Assembly: GCA_963730155.1 (NCBI GenBank)
Contig: CAVSQV010000003.1
Location: 2,723,226 to 2,787,225, forward strand
Source of the DNA: an uncultured Acidobacteriota bacterium
Lineage (GTDB): Bacteria > Acidobacteriota > Thermoanaerobaculia > Multivoradales > JBCCEF01
Length of the DNA: 64,000 bases
Direction: 5' to 3'
In this document: in pieces, positions 42,345 through 53,140 of the stretch
How positions within the stretch are numbered: position 1 is the first letter of the stretch
How the letters are laid out: every line of letters starts with the position of its first letter
Position numbers and translations under genes: made by a program
Notes under the pieces: model-generated
Seen by the model: the letters and a program-made list of their open reading frames with translations, nothing else
What the model was told of the DNA's origin: nothing
Database searches by the model: none

Positions 42345-44129
42345 TCACGGCTGCCCTTCGGGCCGGGTCCGGGCGATGCCCGCCAGGCCGGCGAGCCCGG
42401 CGAGGGTCCCGGCACCGATCAGGCAGAGCCCGACCAGAGCGCGCAGATGGCCCGCTTCGCTCGCCCGCGCGGCCTCCTCGAGCAGCCGCGCCGGCCCGGC
42501 GTCGTGGGGGATGACGAAGAGGCCCAGGGCGAGGACCAGGAAGCCCAGCGCCGCCGTCCTCTGCTCTCTGCCGGCGCGCGGCGGCCGGCCGGCCGTGCGC
42601 CCGACCGCGCTGTGGCTGTAGCCGTAGGCGAAGTAGACCGCCATGCCGAGCACCAGCCAGCCCACGAACCGCCACCAGGAGGCGGGCGGGAGATAGACCA
42701 TCAGGAAGACGCACGACGCGGCGCCGAGCACCGGCACCGGCCAGGTGCCGAACGGCACCCGGAACCCTCTCTCGCGCTCCGGCTCGCGGCGGCGCAGGAC
42801 GATCACGCCGATGCAGACCAGGACGAACGCGAAGAGCGTGCCGATGTTGGTCAACTGCACGATCTCGTCGAGGTTGGCGACGGCGGCGAACACCGCCACC
42901 GCGATGCCGGTGATCCAGGTCGTGACGTGCGGCGTGCGGTAGCGGGGATGCACCCTGGCCGCCCAGCCGGGGAGGAGCCCGTCGCGCGCCATGGCGAAGA
43001 AGATGCGCGGCTGTCCGAGCTGGAAGACGACCAGCACCGAGGTCGTGGCGAAGACCGCGCCCAGGGAGATGATCAGCGCCGGCCAGCCCATCCCGAGGAC
43101 GGAGAACGCGGTCGCCAGCGGCTCCGCCGTGCCGAGCTGGTGCCACGGCGAGAGGCCGGTCAGCACCACCGCCACCGCCATGTAGATCACGGTGCAGACC
43201 ACCAGGCTGGCGATGATCGCGATCGGCATGTCGCGGCGGGGGTTGCGGGTCTCCTCGGCCGCCGTCGAGACGGCGTCGAAGCCGATGTAGGCGAAGAAGA
43301 TGATCGCCGCCGCCGAGGCGATGCCCGGGAAGCCGTTGGGGGCGAACGGCTGCCAGTTCTCGGGCCGGACGTAGAACGCCCCGAAGACGACGAAGAAGCC
43401 GATGATCGCGAGCTTCAGGATCACCATCGCGGCGTTGAACCGGGCGCTCTCGCGGATGCCGACGACGAGCACCCAGGTCACCAGCATGACGATCGCGAAC
43501 GCGGGCAGGTTGAGGACCACCGGCACGCCGGCCAGCCGCGGGGCGTCGGCCAGCGCCTGCGCCGCGCGCTCGACCGCCACGCCGAGTGTCGACGGATCGA
43601 GGCCCGCGGCGGTCGCCTCGGCGATCCGCTCCGAGGCCTGCGCCGCGGTCCGGTAGTCGATCCCCAGCCAGCCGGGGAACGCGATCCCGACGCCGCGCAG
43701 CAGCTCCTGGAAGTACCCCGACCAGGAGATCGCCACCGCGACGTTGCCCACGGCGTACTCGATGATCAGGTCCCAGCCGATGATCCAGCCGATCAGCTCG
43801 CCCAGGGTGGCGTAGGCGTAGGTGTACGCCGAGCCCGAGATCGGCACCATCGAGGCGAACTCGGCATAGCAGAGGGCGGCGAAGCCGCAGGCGACCGCGG
43901 TCAGGACGAACGAGAGCGGGAGCGCGGGCCCCGCGCCGAGGTGGTCCGCCCCGCCGGCGGCGGCGGTGCCGACGGTGGAGAAGATCCCGGCGCCGATCAC
44001 CGCGCCGATGCCCAGGAGCGTGAGCTGGAACCAGCCCAGGGAGCGCCGCAGGGTGCCGAAGCCCTGGCCCTCCTCGGCGGACCGGAGGATCGCGGACAGC
44101 GGCTTGGTTCGGAAGATCCCGCGGAACAC
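42345..44129 (-). CDS. APC-superfamily (cationic) amino acid permease with C-terminal extension
   Basis: LRRSLGWFQLTLLGIGAVIGAGIFSTVG ... CYAEFASMVPISGSAYTYAYATLGELIGWIIGWDLIIEY are CAT/YfnA-type signatures. The GTG at 44129 lies 5 nt after GGAGG; the listed ORF runs to 44231. Confidence 0.88.
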   Translation of the reverse strand: MFRGIFRTKPLSAILRSAEEGQGFGTLRRSLGWFQLTLLGIGAVIGAGIFSTVGTAAAGGADHLGAGPALPLSFVLTAVACGFAALCYAEFASMVPISGSAYTYAYATLGELIGWIIGWDLIIEYAVGNVAVAISWSGYFQELLRGVGIAFPGWLGIDYRTAAQASERIAEATAAGLDPSTLGVAVERAAQALADAPRLAGVPVVLNLPAFAIVMLVTWVLVVGIRESARFNAAMVILKLAIIGFFVVFGAFYVRPENWQPFAPNGFPGIASAAAIIFFAYIGFDAVSTAAEETRNPRRDMPIAIIASLVVCTVIYMAVAVVLTGLSPWHQLGTAEPLATAFSVLGMGWPALIISLGAVFATTSVLVVFQLGQPRIFFAMARDGLLPGWAARVHPRYRTPHVTTWITGIAVAVFAAVANLDEIVQLTNIGTLFAFVLVCIGVIVLRRREPERERGFRVPFGTWPVPVLGAASCVFLMVYLPPASWWRFVGWLVLGMAVYFAYGYSHSAVGRTAGRPPRAGREQRTAALGFLVLALGLFVIPHDAGPARLLEEAARASEAGHLRALVGLCLIGAGTLAGLAGLAGIARTRPEGQP

Positions 44130-44350
44130 ACCCACCTCCGGGCGCTCAGTGGCCGCCGGAACCGCCGGAGAACAGGGTGGCCAGCGAGGAGCCGTCCGCG
44201 GCCGCCGCGGGAGGCGGCGCCGCGGCCGCAACCAGCATCAGAATCGGCATGGCGGGGGGAAGGCTACTGCCGCGCCGTCCCGCTCCGCAAGCCGGCTCCG
44301 CCGGCGTTGGTGGTAGTGTCCGCCTCGCTTTTCAGAATCCCGAGGTCCCG

Positions 44351-46048
44351 ATGCGAAACCTGGTGTCGCTCCTGGGCATCCTGACCATGATCCTGGCGGC
44401 GTGGGCGATCTCCGAGAACCGCCGCCGCTTCCCCTGGCGGGTGGTGACCTGGGGGCTGGCGCTGCAGTTGGTGTTCGGCTTCCTGGTGCTCTCCTGGGCG
44501 CCCGGGGCGCGTTTCTTCCAGAAGCTCAACGACGTCTTCAACGCCCTCCTCGCCTTCAGCAAGGAGGGGGCGGTCTTCGTCTTCAACGCCGTCGGCAGCG
44601 CCGACCCGGACGGGGCGGCGCCGTCGCTCAAGGACTACCTGACCCGGCTCGGCGCGGAGTCGTCGGACCCGGTCGTCCAGGCCGCGGTCGCGCAGGGCAC
44701 CGTGCCGGGCTTCTTCTTCGCCTTCCAGGTGCTGACCACGATCATCTTCTTCAGCGCGCTGCTCTCGGTCCTCTACTACCTGGGGGTGATGCAGAAGGTC
44801 GTGCTCTTCTTCGCCAAGGTCATGGCCAAGACCATGGGGGTCTCGGGGGCGGAGTCGCTGTCGAACTCGGCCAACATCTTCGTCGGCCAGACCGAGGCGC
44901 CGCTGGTCGTCCGCCCCTACCTCGAGACGATGACCCGGTCGGAGCTGATGGCGATCATGGTCGGCGGCTTCTCCAACACCGCCGGCGGCGTCCTCGGCGC
45001 CTACGTGCTGATGCTGGTCGGCTTCTTTCCCCACATCGCCTCGCACCTGATCGCCGCCTCGGTGCTCTCGGCGCCGGCCGCGTTCCTGATCGCCAAGATC
45101 ATGGTGCCCGAGACCGGGACGCCGCTGACCCGGGGCGACGTGCGGATGGAGGTCGAGGTCACCGACGCCAACCTGATCGACGCCGCGGCGAACGGCACCA
45201 CGGTCGGCTGGCAGCTCGCGCTCAACGTCGGGGCGATGCTGATCTCGTTCGTCGCGCTCACCGCGATGGCCAACCGCCTGCTCGCCGGGTTCAGCGGCTT
45301 CTTCCACGACGGCGCGGGGCTCCTGCGCTTCGACCTCGTGGCGGTCGCCGCGGCGGCGGCGCTCGCGGCGGTCGCACGCTGGGGGGCGCCCCGCGACGAG
45401 CGGGTCTGGTGGGCGCTCGCGGGGGTGGGCGGCCTCTACGCCGCCGTCCGCGCCGCCGGCTGGACCGAGGCCGCGTCGCTGGTCGGCCTGCTCGGGATGG
45501 CCGCCTGGCTGCCGGTCTTCTTCCTCGCCGGCCGCCCGGCCGAGACGGTCCGCCGCGCCTGGATCGGGGTCGCCGCCGTGGCCGTCGCGGCCAACCTCGT
45601 CTACCTCTTCTGGGGGCCGCTGGCGGCCGACGGCCGGCTGTCGCTCGCGCTCCTTCTGGGCTGGCTCCACTGGCCGGTCGCCCTGGTCATGGGCGTGCCG
45701 GTCGAGGACTGCATGATCGTCGGGAGGCTCCTGGGCGAGAAGATCATCCTGACCGAGTTCGTGGCCTACCTCGACCTCTCGGGCATCCTCTCCGCCGCCG
45801 CCCGCGGCGAGGGGCCGGGGCTCGACCCGCGGTCGCTCTACATCGTCTCCTACGCCCTCTGCGGCTTCGCCAACGTCGCCTCGATCGGGATCCAGATCGG
45901 CGGCCTCTCGCCGCTCGCGCCGTCGCGCCGCCACGAGATCGCGCGGCTCGGCATGAAGGCGATGATCGGCGGCGCGCTGGCGACGTTCCTGATCGCCTGC
46001 GTGGCCGGCCTCTTCTACTCCGGCCAGTCGTCCCTCGGTCCCCAGTAG
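44351..46048 (+). CDS. NupC/CNT-family concentrative nucleoside transporter with a ~110-aa internal hydrophobic insertion
   Basis: MRNLVSLLGILTMILAAWAISENRR, NIFVGQTEAPLVVRPYL, MVGGFSNTAGGVLGAY and ILTEFVAYLDL...YALCGFANVASIGIQIGG are CNT hallmarks. The protein is 565 aa, compared with about 400-420 for typical NupC. Confidence 0.88.
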   Translation: MRNLVSLLGILTMILAAWAISENRRRFPWRVVTWGLALQLVFGFLVLSWAPGARFFQKLNDVFNALLAFSKEGAVFVFNAVGSADPDGAAPSLKDYLTRLGAESSDPVVQAAVAQGTVPGFFFAFQVLTTIIFFSALLSVLYYLGVMQKVVLFFAKVMAKTMGVSGAESLSNSANIFVGQTEAPLVVRPYLETMTRSELMAIMVGGFSNTAGGVLGAYVLMLVGFFPHIASHLIAASVLSAPAAFLIAKIMVPETGTPLTRGDVRMEVEVTDANLIDAAANGTTVGWQLALNVGAMLISFVALTAMANRLLAGFSGFFHDGAGLLRFDLVAVAAAAALAAVARWGAPRDERVWWALAGVGGLYAAVRAAGWTEAASLVGLLGMAAWLPVFFLAGRPAETVRRAWIGVAAVAVAANLVYLFWGPLAADGRLSLALLLGWLHWPVALVMGVPVEDCMIVGRLLGEKIILTEFVAYLDLSGILSAAARGEGPGLDPRSLYIVSYALCGFANVASIGIQIGGLSPLAPSRRHEIARLGMKAMIGGALATFLIACVAGLFYSGQSSLGPQ

Positions 46049-46355
46049 CCCCGCCGGGGTGGTGGGCTAGGAGCTGGCGGCGCCCCCCGCGGCGCTCACG
46101 AGATCCCGCATCCAGGGCCGGCGGGTCACGTCCGCCTTCATTGCGGAATCATCTTGATCGACCGGTGCATCTGGCAGAAGTTTTAGTAGCCGAACCAAAG
46201 CGCGAGCGCCGCCCGATGAGTCCGCCAGCAGCGAGAGAAGGCGCTCGTTAGCCGGCTCATGCGTTTGAGGCCGGTGCGCAACCTAACTCCGTGATACCCA
46301 CCGTCACCAGCCCGTCACGAACACCGACCTCTGTCCTCGGGCCCCACCGCTATAC

Positions 46356-46856
46356 CTACACGGGCCGGTACTTCGTAGGTATACCGCTGCCCCTGCCTCC
46401 GCCTGTGGCGGCTACCGCGAGGACGTTTTTCCTGACGAGGCGATCTAGGACACCTCGCACGGTGGAGTCTCTGACCCGCTCCTCGGGGTGTCGCAGATTC
46501 CAGCTTTCGCGGATCTGCTGCGCGGTAATGTCCGGCGTTGCTAGTTCTTTGGCTAGAGCTAGCATCGGTTCATCCAAGGAGCCGCGCGTCGTCCTGGTGT
46601 CACCACCGGGACGCTTCCCAGGAGAGGGGGCTGGTTCGGCGACCGCTTCCTCTGGCAGTCCAAGAACTGCGCTGGCAAGCCGAGAAACTCGCTTCTGGTA
46701 TTGGGCGCGGATCAGCGCTAGGTTCGATTCTAGGCGCTCTACCTTAGCCTGGGCTCTACGAAGCTTGGTCTCAAGCTCCGTAGTCTCTCGTTCGTAGTCC
46801 GCTTTCTCCGAAGCGACGGCGGCGACCAGTTCTTCAGGGGTCATGACGCGCATCAT
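46356..46856 (-). CDS. hypothetical coiled-coil / winged-helix-like protein (lower-GC islet)
   Basis: The start is ATG 46856, 46853 or 46844. There is an N-terminal heptad-like segment (ELETKLRRAQAKVERLESNLALIRAQYQ) and a C-terminal segment (VRGVLDRLVRKNVLAVAATGGGRGSGIPTKYRPV) that resembles a wHTH wing. The upstream part of the listed 275-aa ORF looks non-coding. Confidence 0.5.
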   Translation of the reverse strand: MMRVMTPEELVAAVASEKADYERETTELETKLRRAQAKVERLESNLALIRAQYQKRVSRLASAVLGLPEEAVAEPAPSPGKRPGGDTRTTRGSLDEPMLALAKELATPDITAQQIRESWNLRHPEERVRDSTVRGVLDRLVRKNVLAVAATGGGRGSGIPTKYRPV

Positions 46857-46973
46857 GCGCGTTTCGCGTCTCGGAGTCAATGGATACCGCGTTTGCGGAG
46901 TCCGCGATCGCCAGGGGCGTTTTTCGTGGTACACTGCCTGGGACGCGCCGAGAGAGAAAAGCTGGAGCCACGA

Positions 46974-47225
46974 ATGAGCGACTCGCGGACGGTGGAAGAA
47001 TTCGTGCGGTGGGTCGACCACGTAACAGGGGTAAAGCTCAAAATCTTCTGGACCCCGCTCTTGGGTCTTGCCATCCGAGACGTTGAGACCGGAGAGTTCT
47101 ACGCCTTGGGCCAGATGAGAAAAACGGGGATCTTGCCTTCTTACCAGCAGGAATCGATCTGCCGCGGACTCAACCGCGAGCACCTACTGCTGACTCTGGG
47201 ATTTGACCCACCAAGCGATGACTAG
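46974..47225 (+). CDS. small hypothetical protein (83 aa)
   Basis: GGAG lies 7 nt upstream of ATG 46974. The protein reads MSDSRTVEEFVRWVDHVTGVKLKIF...ILPSYQQESICRGLNREHLLLTLGF. I have no firm family assignment. Its stop overlaps the convergent gene's stop in CTAG. Confidence 0.4.
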   Translation: MSDSRTVEEFVRWVDHVTGVKLKIFWTPLLGLAIRDVETGEFYALGQMRKTGILPSYQQESICRGLNREHLLLTLGFDPPSDD

Positions 47226-47563
47226 GCAGCAGCGACCGCGAGCCTGGCGTGAATCTTGGGGCGGCGCCGGGTCCTGAAGAGCAGCTCAAGCCACGAAGGG
47301 CGGATCAGGATCTCTTCTGGATGGGCAGTACTGGCGGAGTACATACTCCAAAATCTCCGCGGAGCTTCAGGAAGATCTTGAAATGGGGTCTTCCCCCTCA
47401 TGCGGTCGAGGAAGATCTGCAACCGGAGCTGTGATACGAGCTTTCTGGTGAGCTCAGGATAGGTTCTGGCGGATGCGCAGAGGTCGTGCTCTAGGCACTG
47501 CGCCAGCCACATCCCTTCCTTGGAGAACACAACCGCCGTTATGGTGATACTCCGCGTGGCCAT
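47222..47563 (-). CDS. HicB/UPF0150-like (antitoxin-fold) protein
   Basis: ITITAVVFSKEGMWLAQCLEHDLCASARTYPELTRKL matches the HicB_like N-terminal fold pattern (xxxGGWVAQCLEYDIAxQG). The C-terminal DLPEAPRRFWSMY is common in this family. ATG 47563 has GGGGGTGAG upstream. Confidence 0.6.
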   Translation of the reverse strand: MATRSITITAVVFSKEGMWLAQCLEHDLCASARTYPELTRKLVSQLRLQIFLDRMRGKTPFQDLPEAPRRFWSMYSASTAHPEEILIRPSWLELLFRTRRRPKIHARLAVAAA

Positions 47564-47601
47564 GCTCACCCCCGCCCCCTTCAGGGGGACACTTGAGTTG
47601 A

Positions 47602-47631
47602 ATAGTACTGTCGGGCTGCCCTAGAAGTCAA
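47602..47631 (-). promoter_or_regulatory. sigma70-like promoter upstream of the HicB-like gene
   Basis: The minus strand reads TTGACT-18 nt-TACTAT, about 38 nt upstream of ATG 47563. Confidence 0.4.
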
Positions 47632-47690
47632 GGTCCAAGGCCTAGTTAACTCAGACAGAAGTCCCTTTGTCTGCATAGGTTTGGCTATTG

Positions 47691-47712
47691 GGGCGGCAGA
47701 AACCTGCCGCCC
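47691..47712. other. strong GC stem-loop (9-bp stem, 4-nt loop)
   Basis: GGGCGGCAG-AAAC-CTGCCGCCC is a perfect inverted repeat with no adjacent T/A run. Function unknown; it could be an islet boundary, a terminator or a protein site. Confidence 0.4.
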
Positions 47713-47913
47713 TGGAGGGCATAGCTACTCCGGCTCGGCCGGCGCCGCTTCCGAGCGCGCTACACCTGCGCCCGGAGGCCATTTGACCATGCCGGCAAGC
47801 ACCGGCGTCGTGCATGGGGCCACCGAAACCGCGTTACCCATTCATAGCCCACTACCCACCGCCGGGGCCGCCCGCCGGGCGCCGCGGACCCGCGTGCTAG
47901 CATCCCCGGCCGC

Positions 47914-48579
47914 ATGGACTTCCTCCGCCAGATCCTCGATCTAGTCCTCCATCTCGACCATCACCTGCGGGAGATCATCGCCACCTTCGGCGGCTGGACC
48001 TACGGCATCCTGTTCCTGGTCGTCTTCTGCGAGACCGGGCTGGTGATCACCCCGTTTTTGCCCGGCGACTCCCTGCTCTTCGCCGCCGGCGCGTTCGCCG
48101 CCACCGGCGCGCTGCGGCTGGAGTGGGTGTTGCTGCTGCTCACCGCGGCGGCCATCCTCGGCGACACGGTGAACTACCGGATCGGCGCCGGCCTGCGCCA
48201 TCGCCTGGCGGACCAGGGCAGGCTCCGGTTCGTCAAGCCGGAGCACCTGGCGCGCACCCACGCCTTCTACCAGAAGTACGGCGCCAAGACGATCATCATC
48301 GCCCGCTTCGTCCCGATCGTGCGCACCTTCGCGCCGTTCGTCGCCGGCGTGGGCGAGATGAACTACCGCACGTTCATCGCCTACAACGTGATCGGCGGCA
48401 TCGGCTGGGTGCTCATCTGCACCCTGGCCGGCTACTTCTTCGGCAACCTGCCGTTCGTCCAGGAGAACTTCTCGCTGGTGATCCTGGCGATCATCGCGCT
48501 CTCCGTCGTGCCGGCCCTGTTCGAGATCTGGCGCGCCCAGCGGCGCCGGGCCCTCGCGCGCGCGGCCATCGGCGACTAG
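47914..48579 (+). CDS. DedA-family (VTT/SNARE-associated) membrane protein
   Basis: LFLVVFCETGLVITPFLPGDSLLFAAGAF ... YQKYGAKTIIIARFVPIVRTFAPFVAGVGEMNYRTFIAYNVIGGIGWV is the canonical DedA core. Confidence 0.9.
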   Translation: MDFLRQILDLVLHLDHHLREIIATFGGWTYGILFLVVFCETGLVITPFLPGDSLLFAAGAFAATGALRLEWVLLLLTAAAILGDTVNYRIGAGLRHRLADQGRLRFVKPEHLARTHAFYQKYGAKTIIIARFVPIVRTFAPFVAGVGEMNYRTFIAYNVIGGIGWVLICTLAGYFFGNLPFVQENFSLVILAIIALSVVPALFEIWRAQRRRALARAAIGD

Positions 48580-48591
48580 CCCGAAGTTCCA
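48580..48591. repeat. IS terminal inverted repeat (left in window coordinates)
   Basis: CCCGAAGTTCCA is the exact reverse complement of 50548-50559. Confidence 0.8.
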
Positions 48592-48659
48592 GTGTTACCG
48601 ATTGGGCGGGCCCCAATGTTTGCTGTGCTTTGAGTCGGATCTGGTGGGTAGGGTTCTGG

Positions 48660-50429
48660 CTACATTCGTTGGCCGACGCCGAGCAGCTCGAGGGCCTTTC
48701 GCTGGTGTTCGTTGGGCCGCGTGGTCATGGGGAAGGTTTCGTCGTCGCCGGCTCCGGTGCGGCGCACGCGGTTGCGGACGATGGTGGCGAGTTGGCCGAG
48801 CAGGTCGCGGAAGCTGTGGACGGTGAAGCCCTCGGGGGTCCTTTGGGTTGCGGCCTTGGCCAGCGCGGCCGGCGAGCGGCGGGCGGGCGCGACGATGGAG
48901 GATCGTTGGGCTGAGGCCGCGGCGCGGTCGTGGTCGTCGAACAGCAGCGGCGCGAGGGCCTGTCGCATGTGCCATTCGACGTAGTAGGCGAGCATGCACA
49001 GCAAGACGTGGGCGCGTACGCGCTCGGCCGTGCGGTGGTAGATGGGCCGCACCTTCAGATCGACCGTCTTGAAGCAGCGAAACGCCCGTTCGACGGTCGA
49101 CAGCGACTTGTAGTTGCGCACCGTCTGCTCGGCGGACATCTGCTCGGCCGCTACGTCGGTGCGGATCACGTAGAGGCCGTCGAGGGCCGCCTCGGCGCGG
49201 ATCTGCTCCTGCTTGCGCGCGAAGGTGAAGCCGTCGTCGGTGATGGTCATCTCGAAGTGCTTGGCGACCTTGTAGCGGTTGGCCACCCGCCCCACCCGCA
49301 GGCCGATGGCCGCCGCGCCGCGCAGCGGACGGCGCTCGCGGGTGGTGGCCGCGGCAATGGCGGCCAGCTGCTTTTCGGTGGCCGCCAAAAGCTCCTCCCG
49401 CTTGCGCGCCCGCTCGTTGGCCAGCAGCGGGTTGCGGCACACCATCAGCCGCTCGCCGGGATAGTCGGGCGAGGTGATCTCGGCCAGGTCGCGCTCGTCG
49501 AACAGCGAGAGCTCGAAGGCCCCCTCGGCGAGCAGCTTGGCGATCGCCGGGCCGCGCAGGGCGCTGATCCAGCTCAAACCCTCCACCGGGCGCAGCTCGT
49601 TGCGGATGCGCGCCGAGGTCACAAGGCCCCGGTCGCCCACCAGCACGACGCGTGCGATGCCGAAGCGCTGGCGGAGCTTTTCGATCTGCGGCCCGAGCGT
49701 CGTGGGATCGCCGGTGTGGCCGTCGAAGACCTCCACCGCCACCGGCCGGCCCTCTGGATCGCACAACAGGCCGATGACGATCTGCAGCTTGTCCCGCCGG
49801 CCGTCGCGGCTGTGGCCGAGCCGGGCCAGCGGGCAGGTGCGCCCCTCAAAGTAGGTCGAGGTCACGTCGTAGAGCACCAGGGTGCCGTCGAGATGACGCC
49901 GGGCGAGCGCCACCTCGATGCGGCCCTGGCGGGCGAGCAGCCAGTCCATCGCCGCGTACAGCTCGTCGGTCTCGGCGTCCTCGACGCCGAGCAGCTCCCC
50001 GAGCGTCGAGCGCGCGGTGTCGCGGTGCACGGCGCGGCCGGTGGCGAGCTTGGAGCCCGGCTCCACCACGCGCGCCACGATCATGGCCGTGACCAGGTCC
50101 CGCTCGCGACACCGGCGTGCGCCGAGTAGCCGTTCCAGGCCGAGGTTGCGCAGCGTCCCCAGGGTGGCCGCGACGTGGCCGTGGGGGAGGCTGCGGACGA
50201 TCTCGAAGACCTCCTCGGCGGCCACCAGGGCTTCGCCGCGCAGCGACCGCCGGACGGCGTCGAGCGCGTGCGGCGGCAGGTGCGAGAGGTTGCCCAGGGT
50301 CTCGTGCTTGACCTTGCCGTCCTCGCGGTAGGTGCGACGCAGCAGGTGGGTCTCGTAGACGCGGCCCTTGTACAGGCGCCTGGTTGTGGCTACGTGGACT
50401 GCATTGCCTCTGCGAGCCATGGACTGCAT
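48660..50429 (-). CDS. IS1634-family transposase
   Basis: The N-terminus reads YKGRVYETHLLRRTYREDGKVKHETLGNLSHLP. DDE-region features are LVLYDVTSTYFEG, VVLVGDRGL and YKSLSTVERAFRCFKTVDLKVRPIYHRTAERVRAHVLLCMLAYYV. The ORF is intact. Confidence 0.9.
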   Translation of the reverse strand: MQSMARRGNAVHVATTRRLYKGRVYETHLLRRTYREDGKVKHETLGNLSHLPPHALDAVRRSLRGEALVAAEEVFEIVRSLPHGHVAATLGTLRNLGLERLLGARRCRERDLVTAMIVARVVEPGSKLATGRAVHRDTARSTLGELLGVEDAETDELYAAMDWLLARQGRIEVALARRHLDGTLVLYDVTSTYFEGRTCPLARLGHSRDGRRDKLQIVIGLLCDPEGRPVAVEVFDGHTGDPTTLGPQIEKLRQRFGIARVVLVGDRGLVTSARIRNELRPVEGLSWISALRGPAIAKLLAEGAFELSLFDERDLAEITSPDYPGERLMVCRNPLLANERARKREELLAATEKQLAAIAAATTRERRPLRGAAAIGLRVGRVANRYKVAKHFEMTITDDGFTFARKQEQIRAEAALDGLYVIRTDVAAEQMSAEQTVRNYKSLSTVERAFRCFKTVDLKVRPIYHRTAERVRAHVLLCMLAYYVEWHMRQALAPLLFDDHDRAAASAQRSSIVAPARRSPAALAKAATQRTPEGFTVHSFRDLLGQLATIVRNRVRRTGAGDDETFPMTTRPNEHQRKALELLGVGQRM

Positions 50430-50547
50430 ATTAGCAGGCAGCAGCTCTTTTGCGCAGAGCTACTTGTTACACTTTAGTGGCTACGATGTGAACTCCAAAA
50501 GCGGACACAACTCCCGTCAGATCAATGGATTGGGCGCGGCGAGACCG

Positions 50548-50559
50548 TGGAACTTCGGG
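50548..50559. repeat. IS terminal inverted repeat (right in window coordinates)
   Basis: TGGAACTTCGGG is the exact reverse complement of 48580-48591. Confidence 0.8.
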
Positions 50560-52997
<2,438 letters not shown>

Positions 52998-53140
52998 GGT
53001 GGTGCTCTCCTCCAGTTTGCCGCACGACCGGAGCCCAGCTCGGCCCGTCGGCGGGGGTCGGTAAGGGTCAGGGGATCGGGCGAGCGATTCTATCGGGCGG
53101 CGAGGCCATGTCCGCACCGCTTCCTCGCGGTCGCCGTCCC

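Larger units (their letters stand above)
48580..50559 (-). mobile_element. IS1634-family (IS4-related) insertion sequence, 1980 bp
   Basis: Perfect 12-bp terminal inverted repeats are present: CCCGAAGTTCCA at 48580-48591 and TGGAACTTCGGG at 50548-50559. They are flanked by CTAG on both sides (48576-48579, 50560-50563). The element carries a single 589-aa DDE transposase ORF. Confidence 0.85.

Noticed and set aside
44130-44350. The 220-nt divergent spacer between the APC permease and the NupC-family gene, inspected for a riboswitch or leader.
   Set aside because: I could not recognise any known riboswitch core or a convincing terminator/antiterminator pair by eye. It is left unannotated.
46717-46727. 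GGTTCGATTCT, which resembles a tRNA T-loop (GGTTCGAATCC), inside the lower-GC islet. It was considered as a tRNA or tRNA-fragment attachment site.
   Set aside because: The flanks do not form a T-stem (CTAGG on both sides rather than complementary), and no acceptor or anticodon arms can be drawn. It lies inside the coiled-coil coding region (…ESNLALIRAQ…).
46049-47867. An imperfect inverted repeat at the islet edges: CCCCGCCGGGGTGGTGGGCTAG at 46049-46070 versus the reverse complement of ATAGCCCACTACCCACCGCCGGGG at 47844-47867. It was considered as terminal inverted repeats of a mobile element.
   Set aside because: Only about 17 of 25 positions align, and that requires a 2-nt gap. The sequence is almost pure G/C in a GC-rich genome, so chance similarity is plausible. 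It is kept only as weak supporting evidence (the 9-nt direct repeat) in the islet finding.
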